This document shows, piece after piece, positions 1 to 10,290 of a stretch of DNA of 64,000 nucleotides. Source of the stretch: an uncultured virus (IMG/VR IMGVR_UViG_2061766007_000545) (taxonomy: Duplodnaviria; Heunggongvirae; Uroviricota; Caudoviricetes); IMG/VR virus record IMGVR_UViG_2061766007_000545, one strand, 5' to 3'. The stretch's first letter is position 1. Every line of letters begins with the position of its first letter. Below the pieces are notes generated by a model, which was given only the letters and a program-made list of their open reading frames with translations, did not search any database and had not been told where the DNA came from. A program made the position numbers and the translations under genes.

Positions 1-493
1 GCAAGTTCCGTCTATCAGATACTCTTGTGCATAAAATTGGAGAAGAAGTTTATCCAAACGCAGGATATCGAATTTGTAAATGTGTAAGATGTGGTAAAAA
101 GGAGATTGAGTGGGTTCGTATGTTGAATGCGCGCCTTCCTATTGTAACGACAGAGGGTGAAGTTAAGTATGAAATGGATAAAAAAGGAAAAACTCAATAA
201 AAATATGACGGCGCGCTGTGTATGTAGAGATTGTAAGTATTGGATGGGTAGTGAATTCAGTAAAGATGGAGTATGTGTTCATTTGCCCGCTTTTGGGAGA
301 ACTATTGCCGAAGGATTTTGTTATTGGGCAGAAAAACGAAAAGGAGAATAAGTATGGATTTATTTGATATGTTTTTATTTGATGATGGTATTATTGATAG
401 ATTTACTGATGAAGATTATGAGGACATGGATCCACATATGCCCATTCTTCCAGATAGATACTTTAGTTCAACAAGCAGACGGAATTACAGAAC
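1..493 (+). repeat. Allelic duplicate of ~1119-1611 (strain variant across an N-gap)
   Basis: Near-identical to 1119-1611 with scattered SNPs; ends at a 10-N gap. Confidence 0.85.
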
Positions 494-592
494 NNNNNNN
501 NNNCGTATCTGAGTTGCGTGCCCGCATTAAACAGCTTGATAATATAGTAAGGAAACAGTATAAAAAGATTCGAAGATTGGAGAAGAAAAAGA

Positions 593-784
593 ATGGATAA
601 AGTAACATTTAAATATGAAAGAAAAGGCGATAAAGAATTTTATAGAGATATCGAGTTTTCTTTTGATTATGATCCCGATGATGGAATTGAAAACCTTATT
701 GATGGTTTTAAAACTTTTCTTTATGGATTAAGCTATCACCCAAATACTATTGAGAAATCTCTTGGTGGCGATAGTGATGACTAG
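593..784 (+). CDS. hypothetical phage protein (63 aa)
   Basis: ORF in a tightly packed + strand run with overlapping start/stop. Confidence 0.65.
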   Translation: MDKVTFKYERKGDKEFYRDIEFSFDYDPDDGIENLIDGFKTFLYGLSYHPNTIEKSLGGDSDD

Positions 785-1061
785 AGAAATATTTTGTAAA
801 GATATGATGGGTAAATGCCCATATAACCTTGAGGGACGATGCACTAAAGAAGTGGTTAAATTACGCTTTGGAGTTTGTCTCTCAATTTATGATGTAAGCG
901 CGAATGGTCAGATGACACCGAAAACTCATTTAGATGACGGTGGCGCGCCTCGTATTAAAGAAGTAATTGAGGAAGGAGAATGGAGAAAATGGGAGCAATC
1001 AGAAGATTCGAATGTGTCGGAAGAGGAATCGCCCACTTCCTCCGAACAGGTCACTACTTAA
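777..1061 (+). CDS. hypothetical Cys-containing protein
   Basis: MTREIFC start overlaps the upstream stop. Confidence 0.55.
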   Translation: MTREIFCKDMMGKCPYNLEGRCTKEVVKLRFGVCLSIYDVSANGQMTPKTHLDDGGAPRIKEVIEEGEWRKWEQSEDSNVSEEESPTSSEQVTT

Positions 1062-1318
1062 CTCATCTCTTCAAAGATGAAAGTGATTTTCTTCCTTGTA
1101 TTATAATCACAGACGGAAACAAGTTCCGTCTATCAAATACTCTTGTGCATAAAATTGGAGAAGAGGTTTATCCAAATGCAGGGTATCGAATTTGTAAATG
1201 TGTAAGATGTGGTAAAAAGGAGATTGAGTGGGTTCGTATGTTGAATGCGCGCCTTCCTATTGTAACGACAGAAGGTGAGGTTAAATATGAAATGGATAAA
1301 AAAGGAAAAACCCAATAA
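980..1318 (+). CDS. hypothetical protein with CxCxxC motif
   Basis: RBS GGAGA before start; frame conserved in the duplicate allele at 1-200. Confidence 0.55.
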   Translation: MEKMGAIRRFECVGRGIAHFLRTGHYLTHLFKDESDFLPCIIITDGNKFRLSNTLVHKIGEEVYPNAGYRICKCVRCGKKEIEWVRMLNARLPIVTTEGEVKYEMDKKGKTQ

Positions 1319-1322
1319 AAAT

Positions 1323-1469
1323 ATGACGGCGCGCTGTGTATGTAGAGACTGTAAGTATTGGATGGGTAGTGAATTCAGTAAAGATGGAGTATGCGTTCAT
1401 TTGCCCGCTTTTGGTAGAACTATTGCTGAAGGATTTTGTTATTGGGCAGAAAAACGAAAAGGAGAATAA
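1323..1469 (+). CDS. small Cys-rich hypothetical protein
   Basis: MTARCVCRDCKYW; identical protein in both alleles despite SNPs. Confidence 0.6.
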   Translation: MTARCVCRDCKYWMGSEFSKDGVCVHLPAFGRTIAEGFCYWAEKRKGE

Positions 1470-1471
1470 GT

Positions 1472-1657
1472 ATGAATTTATTTGATATGTTTTTGCTTGA
1501 TGATGGTATTATTGATAGATTTACTGATGAAGATTATGAGGATATGGATCCACATATGCCTATTCTTCCAGATAGATACTTTAGTTCAACAAGCAGACGG
1601 AATTACAGAACAAAAACTAGGTCTAATTCAGATGCAGAAATTGAAGATTGGGAGTAA
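1472..1657 (+). CDS. small acidic hypothetical protein
   Basis: RBS AAGGAGA then ATG; conserved in allele from 353. Confidence 0.6.
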   Translation: MNLFDMFLLDDGIIDRFTDEDYEDMDPHMPILPDRYFSSTSRRNYRTKTRSNSDAEIEDWE

Positions 1658-1659
1658 AC

Positions 1660-1905
1660 ATGGATAAAAGATTAGTTGAGAGAGCACACGGATTACTGTT
1701 TAGGTACGGAGTTGCATTAGCTGCTTGGAGGGCAGATAAAAATGACGAGGATAAGTCTAAGGCTATGGAGAGTCTTCAGCAGGAAATTATTGAACGTCTT
1801 GTAAGAACATATGAAGCCGAAGAATCCTTACCACCCATTAAAGAAGCTAAAGTTACTTTTGACAGAGAAAAAAATCTCTATGTTGTGACTAAAGAAAATA
1901 ATTAA
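1660..1905 (+). CDS. hypothetical protein
   Basis: RBS GGGAG; divergent allele at 3559-3785 keeps the frame. Confidence 0.65.
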   Translation: MDKRLVERAHGLLFRYGVALAAWRADKNDEDKSKAMESLQQEIIERLVRTYEAEESLPPIKEAKVTFDREKNLYVVTKENN

Positions 1906-1923
1906 AAAGGAGAAAATAAATTT

Positions 1924-2868
1924 ATGATTCTATTTGTAGTCGGTATTGTTGTTGCGATTGCACTGTTCCTAGGGTGGATGGTTTATGATGAAGAGGCAAA
2001 TATTTTTGCTGCTCTTTTTGCTTCACTCTTAATTGTTGCCATATTTACGGTTCTCGGATGTATTCGATCAGTGCCAACAGGTAATACAGGTGTTGTAGTT
2101 ACTTTTGGACGAGTTGAAGATTATACTCTTGATTCGGGTATTCACTTTGTAGCACCTTGGAGATCAGTAAAGAAGATGGATAACAAGACACAGATTTATA
2201 ATATTGACCTTTCTTGTTTTTCTTCTGATATTCAGGAAGTAACTATTAAGTACGCCGTAAACTATAGCATTGATAAAGAGCACGCGCAGGTAATTTATAA
2301 GACCATTGGTATGGATTATGTTACCACTGTAATGGAACCTAAAGTTCAAGAAGCAGTAAAAGGTATTGTTGCTAAATATACCGCAGAACAGTTGATTGGA
2401 CAGCGAGGTAACCTGTCCGCGCAGGTAGAGGAAGTTCTTACCGCATCTCTTGCCGCATATCATATTAATGTAGTATCTACATCTTTGAGTGATATCGACT
2501 TTACTGATGCATTCACTAATGCAGTAGAGGCAAAGCAGGTAGCGGAGCAGAATAAGTTGCGCGCGAAAACCGAACAGGAGCAGGCAATTATTGAGGCTAA
2601 TGCTGCGGCAGAAAAGCAGGTCATCAAAGCAAAAGCAGATGCAGATTCTGCAATTCTTGCGGCTGAGGCAGATAAGAAAGTTCAGCAGATTAATGCAGAT
2701 GCTGCTGAGTATGCTGGTCAGAAAGAGGCAGCAATTCTATCTAATATTGGCGAGAAAATTACTCAGTATCCCGGTTTAATTCAGTATTATTACTATCAGA
2801 AGTGGGATGGAACTCTTCCGCGCACTATGTTTGGTGAGGATAATGGGGTAATTCTAAACCTAGAGTAA
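1924..2868 (+). CDS. SPFH/band 7/prohibitin family membrane protein
   Basis: Two N-terminal TM segments, VPTGNTGVVVTFG and LDSGIHFVAPW motifs, AVEAKQVAEQ coiled coil; partial second allele at 3804-4423. Confidence 0.9.
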   Translation: MILFVVGIVVAIALFLGWMVYDEEANIFAALFASLLIVAIFTVLGCIRSVPTGNTGVVVTFGRVEDYTLDSGIHFVAPWRSVKKMDNKTQIYNIDLSCFSSDIQEVTIKYAVNYSIDKEHAQVIYKTIGMDYVTTVMEPKVQEAVKGIVAKYTAEQLIGQRGNLSAQVEEVLTASLAAYHINVVSTSLSDIDFTDAFTNAVEAKQVAEQNKLRAKTEQEQAIIEANAAAEKQVIKAKADADSAILAAEADKKVQQINADAAEYAGQKEAAILSNIGEKITQYPGLIQYYYYQKWDGTLPRTMFGEDNGVILNLE

Positions 2869-2887
2869 ATAGAAAATAAGGAGAAGA

Positions 2888-2922
2888 AGAGACTTCTATA
2901 ATGGAGTCTCTTTTTCTTTTTT
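2888..2922 (+). terminator. Rho-independent terminator
   Basis: GAGACTTC-tataat-GGAGTCTC hairpin followed by T tract. Confidence 0.7.
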
Positions 2923-2926
2923 AAAT

Positions 2927-2956
2927 TTGAAAAAAATAGAAAATTATGATATAATA
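2927..2956 (+). promoter_or_regulatory. sigmaA-type promoter (TTGAAA ... TGaTATAAT)
   Basis: -35 and extended -10 upstream of 2989. Confidence 0.7.
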
Positions 2957-2988
2957 TTTATAGAAAGATAAGAAAAGAGGAAAAAATA

Positions 2989-3548
2989 ATGTTTACGAAA
3001 GTCGCGCAGAATGGATACGATTGCGAGAATTTTGAAGCAAGAAAAGATTTGGCTTTTTCTTTCATTAAGGATTTGATTGAAAGAGAAGTTATTGTTCATT
3101 CTGAACTTGAACCAGAGTATATTCGAATTAAAGGTAATGTAAACTATGCTTGTGGTGCGGATAAATATGTTTTTTTTGACGTAGTACCGGGTTATGTTGT
3201 AAAGATTAATCGTAATGTTAGTGACTTTATAACTATTGTGCGCGAAGCTTATCTTTATAAGAAAACGATTGAAGAAAATATTAACGCTTATTTTGCGCGG
3301 ACTTATTTTGTTGGTATTATCGACAATATCTTTATTAGTATTCAGGAATATGTAAGTGTTGATGATGATTTTAATGAAGATGAAACTTGGACTCGTATTT
3401 CTGCTACTGTTGAAGAGGACGTAGTACGTGCTGAGTACGATAGTTATCGTAAAGAACGCGAGGAAAAAGGTTGGTGGTTTCAAGGCTATGAGTCTTACTT
3501 TAATGAATGGGTTTGTGGCTTGGAAGCTGAACAGGAAAATATTATCTA
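2989..3548 (+). CDS. protein kinase-like protein, N-terminal part (broken by gap)
   Basis: CGADKYV loop, VVKI Lys, REAYLY Glu; overlaps in sequence with allele 5179-5711. Confidence 0.65.
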
Positions 3549-5178
3549 NNNNNNNNNNAGGCACATGGATTACTGTTTAGATATGAAGTTGCGCTGAATG
3601 CTTGGAGAGCAGACACAAATAATGAGAAAAAGTCTAAGGCTTTGGAGTATATTCAACAGGAAATTGTTAAGTGTCTTGTAAAAGCGTTTGAAACTGAAGA
3701 TCCGTTGCCACCTATTAAAGAAGTTAAAATCACTCTTCTCGATAAAGAAAAAGGTATTTATGTTTTAGCTAAAGAAAATAATTAAAAAGGAGAAAATAAA
3801 TTTATGATTCTATTTGTANNNNNNNNNNNNNNNNNNNNNNNNNNNNNNNNNNNNNNNNNNNNNNNNNNNNNNNNNNNNNNNNNNNNNNNNNNNNNNNNNN
3901 NNNNNNNNNNNNNNNNNNNNNNNNNNNNNNNNNNNNNNNNNNNNNNNNNNNNNNNNNNNNNNNNNNNNNNNNNNNNNNNNNNNNNNNNNNNNNNNNNNNN
4001 NNNNNNNNNNNNNNNNNNNNNNNNNNNNNNNNNNNNNNNNNNGCCTAAGGTACAGGAAGCGGTAAAAGGTATTGTTGCAAAGTATACCGCAGAACAGTTG
4101 ATTGGACAGCGAGGTAACTTGTCCGCGCAGGTAGAGGAAGTTCTTACTGCATCTCTTGCCGCATATCATATTAATGTAGTATCTACGTCTTTGAGTGATA
4201 TTGACTTTACTGATGCATTCACTAATGCAGTAGAGGCAAAGCAGGTAGCAGAGCAGAATAAGTTGCGTGCAAAGACTGAGCAGGAGCAGGCAATTATTGA
4301 GGCTAATGCCGCGGCAGAAAAGCAGGTTATTAAAGCAAAGGCAGATGCAGATTCTGCAATTCTTGCGGCAGAAGCAGATAAGAAAGTTCAGCAGATTAAT
4401 GCAGATGCTGCTGAGTATGCTGGNNNNNNNNNNNNNNNNNNNNNNNNNNNNNNNNNNNNNNNNNNNNNNNNNNNNNNNNNNNNNNNNNNNNNNNNNNNNN
4501 NNNNNNNNNNNNNNNNNNNNNNNNNNNNNNNNNNNNNNNNNNNNNNNNNNNNNNNNNNNNNNNNNNNNNNNNNNNNNNNNNNNNNNNNNNNNNNNNNNNN
4601 NNNNNNNNNNNNNNNNNNNNNNNNNNNNNNNNNNNNNNNNNNNNNNNNNNNNNNNNNNNNNNNNNNNNNNNNNNNNNNNNNNNNNNNNNNNNNNNNNNNN
4701 NNNNNNNNNNNNNNNNNNNNNNNNNNNNNNNNNNNNNNNNNNNNNNNNNNNNNNNNNNNNNNNNNNNNNNNNNNNNNNNNNNNNNNNNNNNNNNNNNNNN
4801 NNNNNNNNNNNNNNNNNNNNNNNNNNNNNNNNNNNNNNNNNNNNNNNNNNNNNNNNNNNNNNNNNNNNNNNNNNNNNNNNNNNNNNNNNNNNNNNNNNNN
4901 NNNNNNNNNNNNNNNNNNNNNNNNNNNNNNNNNNNNNNNNNNNNNNNNNNNNNNNNNNNNNNNNNNNNNNNNNNNNNNNNNNNNNNNNNNNNNNNNNNNN
5001 NNNNNNNNNNNNNNNNNNNNNNNNNNNNNNNNNNNNNNNNNNNNNNNNNNNNNNNNNNNNNNNNNNNNNNNNNNNNNNNNNNNNNNNNNNNNNNNNNNNN
5101 NNNNNNNNNNNNNNNNNNNNNNNNNNNNNNNNNNNNNNNNNNNNNNNNNNNNNNNNNNNNNNNNNNNNNNNNNNNNNG

Positions 5179-5711
5179 TTGAAGAAAATATTAACACTTA
5201 TTTTGCGCGGACTTATTTTGTTGGTATTATCGACGATATCTTTATTACTATTCAGGAATATGTAAGTGTTGATGATGATTTTAATGAAGATGAAACTTGG
5301 ACTCGTATTTCTGCTACTGTTGAAGAGGACGTAGTATGTGCTGAGTACGATAGTTATCGTAAAGAACGCGAGAAAAAAGGTTGGTGGTTTCAAGGCTATG
5401 AATCTTATTTTAATGAATGGGTTTGTGGCTTGGAAGCTGAACAGGAAAATATTATCTATGCTTTTATAGAAGATGGTGAGAAAGCCGAAAAGGTTATTGA
5501 TTTTATGAATGAGTATTGTATTAATGACCTTCATACCAATAACTTTGGCTTTAAGAATCCTAATGAGATGGAGACTTTTGTTATGACCGATTTTTCCGGT
5601 CATCACGGTTTCTTTCAAGATTGGATAAATTATATTGAAGATTTTGTATCTGAAGAATATTATAACGATATTATAGAACTTTTTGACTATTTAGAGGAAA
5701 AGGAGAATTAA
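5179..5711 (+). CDS. protein kinase-like protein, C-terminal part (second allele)
   Basis: NDLHTNNFG catalytic-loop-like and TDFSG DFG-like motifs. Confidence 0.65.
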
Positions 5712-5712
5712 A

Positions 5713-5874
5713 ATGAGATTTTGGGTATCGGGTTTGATTCCGTTTGGTGAAGAGATTGAAGCAGTAGATGAAGAGGAAGCAGAAGAAATCTTTCGACAGG
5801 ATATTCTGATGAATCAGGAAGTTGGCGATGATGTTTTTGAAGTTTGTGTAGAGATTTTGGAGGAAGATGAATGA
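5713..5874 (+). CDS. small acidic hypothetical protein (53 aa)
   Basis: RBS AAGGAGA; MRFWVSGLIPFGEEIEA; below ORF-track cutoff. Confidence 0.6.
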   Translation: MRFWVSGLIPFGEEIEAVDEEEAEEIFRQDILMNQEVGDDVFEVCVEILEEDE

Positions 5875-6158
5875 TTAGTGCAAAAGAAGCTAAAGAAAAA
5901 ACAGATATTAAAAGAGAAGAACTTGATCAAGATACTCTTAATTCTATGTTAGCAGAAGTTGAGCGGAGAATTTTGACCGCCATCGAAATAGGCGCATATA
6001 GTTTGTCATTTTATTTTATTACCGAAAAAGATTTAAATTGTTCTATTAGACTTATTAATGCGCTTATGAATCTTGGATATAAGGTTGAAGATTATAGATT
6101 TGCTGATGATGGGGATTATAGTGAGGACCCATGTATTTATATTAATTGGCGTGGATAA
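5871..6158 (+). CDS. hypothetical protein
   Basis: RBS GGAGG, ATGA overlap. Confidence 0.7.
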   Translation: MISAKEAKEKTDIKREELDQDTLNSMLAEVERRILTAIEIGAYSLSFYFITEKDLNCSIRLINALMNLGYKVEDYRFADDGDYSEDPCIYINWRG

Positions 6159-6217
6159 TTGCGGACCCTATCAGTTTATGGCGGCGCGCAGAGTAAGTAC
6201 AAAAGGAGAATAAGAAA

Positions 6218-6394
6218 ATGATGCAAGTCGTATTAGAAAATAAAGAAGTCCTAAATGTTGAAACTTATGAAGATAGAGAAGATTTGTACGAAGCAATCGA
6301 GCAAAGAAAAGATTGGATTTTTCTCTATGATTTAGGAGTCTATATCAATATGCACAAGATACTATATATTAAGAATAAAATCGAGGAAAAGTAA
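6218..6394 (+). CDS. hypothetical protein (58 aa)
   Basis: RBS AAGGAGA; abuts next gene. Confidence 0.55.
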   Translation: MMQVVLENKEVLNVETYEDREDLYEAIEQRKDWIFLYDLGVYINMHKILYIKNKIEEK

Positions 6395-6625
6395 ATGGGT
6401 AAAGAAAGTTCAAGTAATAGTGGTATTGGATTCGTTGGTTTACTACAGATATTATTTATCGCTTTAAAGCTATGTGGAGTTATTGACTGGTCTTGGTGGT
6501 GGGTTTTAAGTCCAATTTGGTTTGAGATTTTTCTAGTTATTTTAGTCACTTTAATTTATGTAATTGGAATAATTATTAAAGTTAAAGCAGATGAAAGAAA
6601 AAGAAAGAAGTTGAGGGAAAACTAA
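6395..6625 (+). CDS. small membrane protein
   Basis: GIGFVGLLQILFIALKLCGVIDWSWWWVLSPIW; two hydrophobic helices. Confidence 0.75.
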   Translation: MGKESSSNSGIGFVGLLQILFIALKLCGVIDWSWWWVLSPIWFEIFLVILVTLIYVIGIIIKVKADERKRKKLREN

Positions 6626-7068
6626 TGGAAGTTTTTGTAGTAACAGCAGGTGAGTATTCGGATTATCGTATCGATGCAGTCTTTCTTAATTTACGCGAAG
6701 CAGAGAAATACTGCGCTTTCACAAATAAAGGAAATCCTGATTTGTATTTACAAATTGAAACTTATGAAACCGAAGATGGCGCTGAATGGTATTCGCAAGA
6801 TACTCCGGTTTATTATTGTTATCACTTTAGTACAACTAAAAGAGACGGTGATTTTGCGCGTACTCTAATACCCTATGCGTACGTTTCTGAGAAACAGAAG
6901 GATTCTATTACTTATAAAAAACGAGGGGATATAGTATACACTACTTTTACAATCTATCTCGATAAACCAAGCAGAGAAGAAGCAATTAGAGTCGCAAAAG
7001 AACTTATGCGGGATAACCCTTACTCAGAAGAAAACACAGAAGAAGCTTCGTATCCATATCCATTTTAA
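6625..7068 (+). CDS. hypothetical protein
   Basis: TAATG coupling; VFVVTAGEYSDYRIDAVF N-terminus. Confidence 0.7.
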   Translation: MEVFVVTAGEYSDYRIDAVFLNLREAEKYCAFTNKGNPDLYLQIETYETEDGAEWYSQDTPVYYCYHFSTTKRDGDFARTLIPYAYVSEKQKDSITYKKRGDIVYTTFTIYLDKPSREEAIRVAKELMRDNPYSEENTEEASYPYPF

Positions 7069-7079
7069 TCGCTAACCCA

Positions 7080-8340
7080 CAAATTTACGGACGCGCGCAG
7101 TCAACGTAAAACCTCTGCGTTTTCTCGAAAAATTTTTCAGAAAAAACCTCGACGAAATTTCGAGGACGGAAAAAAATCGAGTTTCCTCTCGTTTTCTCCT
7201 CTTCTATATAGAAAGAAAAAAACAGAAAATATATACGTACTACTTCTACGTACTACTTATACATACTACTCCTACATATATTATATACGTAGGAGTATAC
7301 GTATTTAAAGGAGAGAAAAACCGAGGAAGCAGAACCAAGCGCCGAAGGCGCGCCGGTTCCGAAGGGTGAATCTGGAGCGAGCCGAAGGCGAGCGACAGAG
7401 AGGGGAGTCTCCCCTTTTTCTACATAAATAAGTACGTATATAACTACGTATAAAAGAGCGGAACCCACTCGAAAAACGGTCGCGCGCCTTAAACGTATAA
7501 AAGGGGCGAGCCGCCATTCTACGTAGATAAGTACGTAGATAAGTAGGGAGATAAGTACGTTAGGGGAGAAAGAAAAGAGGGGGGGCGAAAGAGGGGCGAG
7601 AGAAAACGAAAGGGGCGAGGGAACCTCGAGGAGAAAGAGGAGAGAGGGGAGTGAGGAGTCGTACGTACAATAATACGTATTATAGAGGCGGAAAACGCCG
7701 AAAATTCGACGTAGAGTAAATGGACGTAGAATAAATGGACNNNNNNNNNNGTATATAAATACGTATATAACTACGTATAAAAAAGCGGAACCCACTCAAA
7801 AAACGGTCGCGCGCCTTAAACGTATAAAAGGGGCGAGCCGCCATTCTACGTAGATAAGTACGTAGATAAGTAGGGAGATAAGCACGTTAGGGGAGAAAGA
7901 AAAGAGGGGGCGAAAGAGGGGCGAGAGAAAACGAAAGGGGCGAGGGAACCTCGAGAAGAGAGAGGGGAGCGAGGAGTCGTACGTATAATAATACGTATTA
8001 TAGAGGCGAAAACGCCGAAAATTCGACGTAGAGTAAATGGACGTAGAATAAATGGACGTAGAAATTGTGACGCCAAAAAGTCCGATGTGCCATCGCGAAT
8101 GCGGAGGCTTTCTTTTTTGTGTTTTTGCTATCGAAGGGAAATCGGCTTAAGTGGTGAAGGGTAGAGGAAAGTGGTGAAGGGTACTGAAAATGCGGGGCGC
8201 AATTTCCGGCTGATTTCAAATTTTCTTTTTCTCTAAATTTTCTCCATTTCAAAATTAGAAAAATTTCAAAAAATATTATATAATATATATAGAAAAAGAG
8301 AAAAGAAGAAGAAAAAATTCCGAAAAAATTCGAAAAAAAA
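7080..8340. other. Non-coding TACGTA-rich, purine-skewed block (candidate origin or terminus region); partly duplicated as alleles across the gap at 7741
   Basis: No credible ORF; about 10 TACGTA in 7234-7680; tandem TACGTAGATAAG and ACGTAGAnTAAATGG repeats; polypurine tract 7560-7655. Confidence 0.55.
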
Positions 8341-8453
8341 TTTTGGGAGAAAGGTAGGAAAAATTTATGTCTAGTTACTTTTATTTCGAAGCAAANNNNN
8401 NNNNNTCGAAAAAATTTCGAGAAAAAATTTTAGGAGAAAGGTAGGAAAAATTT

Positions 8454-9104
8454 ATGTCTAGTTACTTTTGTTTCGAAGCAAAAAATTCTACGGGCGCAAG
8501 GTTTACTGTTGCTTCGTACTCTCGCTCCAATATGATGTACCGAGTTTGGGAGGAAGTAGGTGTACCGTCTTACGCAGAGGCTCGTGTTATTACTCCCGAA
8601 GTAATTAACGAGGCGATTAACGAGGCGCGCGTAATGAAGCAGGCAAGAGAGGAGAATATCGCGCACGTTAATGATTCGATTAACGATATTAAGGATATCG
8701 CGCGCGGTGCAAGACCCGATGCGATTGAGGATTTGTGGGGTCGGATCTTGGACTATAAGGACGAGATTAAGGAAGCTGAGGGAGAAGTCCACCAGATCGA
8801 TGGGATTATCTACGAGTTGTATACGTGGAGAGATATGGTGGAGTANNNNNNNNNNATTAATGATTCGATTAGCGATATTAAGGATATTGCGCGCGGTGCA
8901 AGACCCGATGCGATTGAGGACTTGTGGGGTCGGATCTTGGATTATAAGGACGAGATTAAGGAAGCTGAGGGAGAAGTCCACCAAATCGATGGGATTATCT
9001 ACGAGTTGTATACGTGGAGAGATATGGTGGAGTACGAGAACGAGGGTTGGACCTTTTACGGACATATTGAGGGTTGGTTGCCCGGTGAGAAACCCGAAGA
9101 TTAA
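8454..9104 (+). CDS. hypothetical coiled-coil protein (internal duplication is an allele artefact)
   Basis: RBS GAAAGGTAGG; the repeated segment flanks the N-gap. Confidence 0.7.
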   Translation: MSSYFCFEAKNSTGARFTVASYSRSNMMYRVWEEVGVPSYAEARVITPEVINEAINEARVMKQAREENIAHVNDSINDIKDIARGARPDAIEDLWGRILDYKDEIKEAEGEVHQIDGIIYELYTWRDMVEXXXXINDSISDIKDIARGARPDAIEDLWGRILDYKDEIKEAEGEVHQIDGIIYELYTWRDMVEYENEGWTFYGHIEGWLPGEKPED

Positions 9105-9146
9105 CGCTGTCAAATTTTACTTTCGAAAAAAGTAAAGAAAGAAAAT

Positions 9147-9175
9147 TTGAAAAATAACTGAAAATCAGTTATAAT
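9147..9175 (+). promoter_or_regulatory. sigmaA-type promoter
   Basis: TTGAAA-17 bp-TATAAT. Confidence 0.7.
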
Positions 9176-9337
9176 ATATATAGAAAGATAAGAGAAGAGA
9201 AAATAAAAAGTCTGCTTCCTCTTTCGGAGATAGAAAAGAGACAGAACCCCGCACCGGCTAATCCGTTCTGCTTCTCTTACCTTTCAAAAAAAACTAAAAA
9301 AATTTGGCGCCACTGCCTAGTGTGAGAAGGAATTAAT

Positions 9338-9697
9338 ATGGATAAGAATGAGATGACTAAGAGAGATTTCTACACTGCAATTGTAGAGGGTAACGTAACT
9401 GATGAGGTTAAGGAGTTTGCTAAGGCTGCTATCGCAAAGCTTGATGCGGTAAATGAGAAGAGACGCAACACTCCGACTAAGGCGCAGAAGGAGAACGCAG
9501 AGCTTGTGGATAAGCTTGTGAATGAGATCCTTGGCGACGTTGCGAAGACTGCGGTTGACATCGCTGCTGAGTTTGGTACTATGACTCACCAGAAGGCTAC
9601 CGCTATCGCTAAGGCTGCCGTTAACGCTGGACTTGCGAAGGTTGAGGACGTTAAGGTTGCGGGCAAGGGTACTATGAAGGGTTATGTACTTGCATAG
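9338..9697 (+). CDS. putative winged-helix DNA-binding protein (paralog of 15508-15888)
   Basis: C-terminal helix-turn-helix-wing pattern DIAAEFGTMTHQKATAIAKAAVNAGLAKVEDVKVAGKG. Confidence 0.6.
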   Translation: MDKNEMTKRDFYTAIVEGNVTDEVKEFAKAAIAKLDAVNEKRRNTPTKAQKENAELVDKLVNEILGDVAKTAVDIAAEFGTMTHQKATAIAKAAVNAGLAKVEDVKVAGKGTMKGYVLA

Positions 9698-9711
9698 TAC
9701 GTAGAAGTAGA

Positions 9712-9743
9712 AGGACCACGCGTAATGCGTGGTCTTTTTTTTT
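9712..9743 (+). terminator. Rho-independent terminator
   Basis: GGACCACGC-gtaat-GCGTGGTCT + T run. Confidence 0.8.
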
Positions 9744-10110
9744 AAGGAGATTTCTAAGGAGATTTAACGTAGAAGCCTGCGCGCGGTCGTAGCTGTACGG
9801 ACATTAACAGCCTTGGNNNNNNNNNNATTTCTAAGGAGATTTGACGTAGAAGCCTGCGCGCGGTCGTAGCTGTACGGACATTAACAGCCTTGGGCGCAGT
9901 GTGCGTAGCTCCTGTCAAAATTTGACAGCCGTCAAAAACGTACTCCAGGTCGTAGCTGCGCAGCTTGCAGCTCCTCAAAATTTGACAGGGCGTATATTTG
10001 GATGGTATATGGTTTACTGTGTGGAATACGCACACGACCGAAAATTTGACAAAAGTGGAAATTAGACCTTAAAGGTCTAATAAAAAAAGAACCGCATTTG
10101 CGGTTCAAAT

Positions 10111-10290
10111 TTATCCAAGATAAATTATTCTTTCTTCATCATCAATTCCAATATTGTCCCAAATTAAGTTATGCACTACTCCTTCTTCTTCAGTAAACAC
10201 ACAGTAATTAGAAGGAAGTTCTGACAAAATTGAAATTAAATCTTTTACTGTAAGGATATCTAACCATTTTTTATTCTTTGGCGGCTTCAT
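10111..10290 (-). CDS. hypothetical protein (59 aa)
   Basis: MKPPKNKKWLDILTVKDLISILSELP; followed by terminator hairpin at ~10082-10106. Confidence 0.55.
   Translation of the reverse strand: MKPPKNKKWLDILTVKDLISILSELPSNYCVFTEEEGVVHNLIWDNIGIDDEERIIYLG

Noticed and set aside
7253..8252. - strand ORFs in the TACGTA block
   Set aside because: Low-complexity translations of repeats, no RBS, and frames differ between the two alleles.
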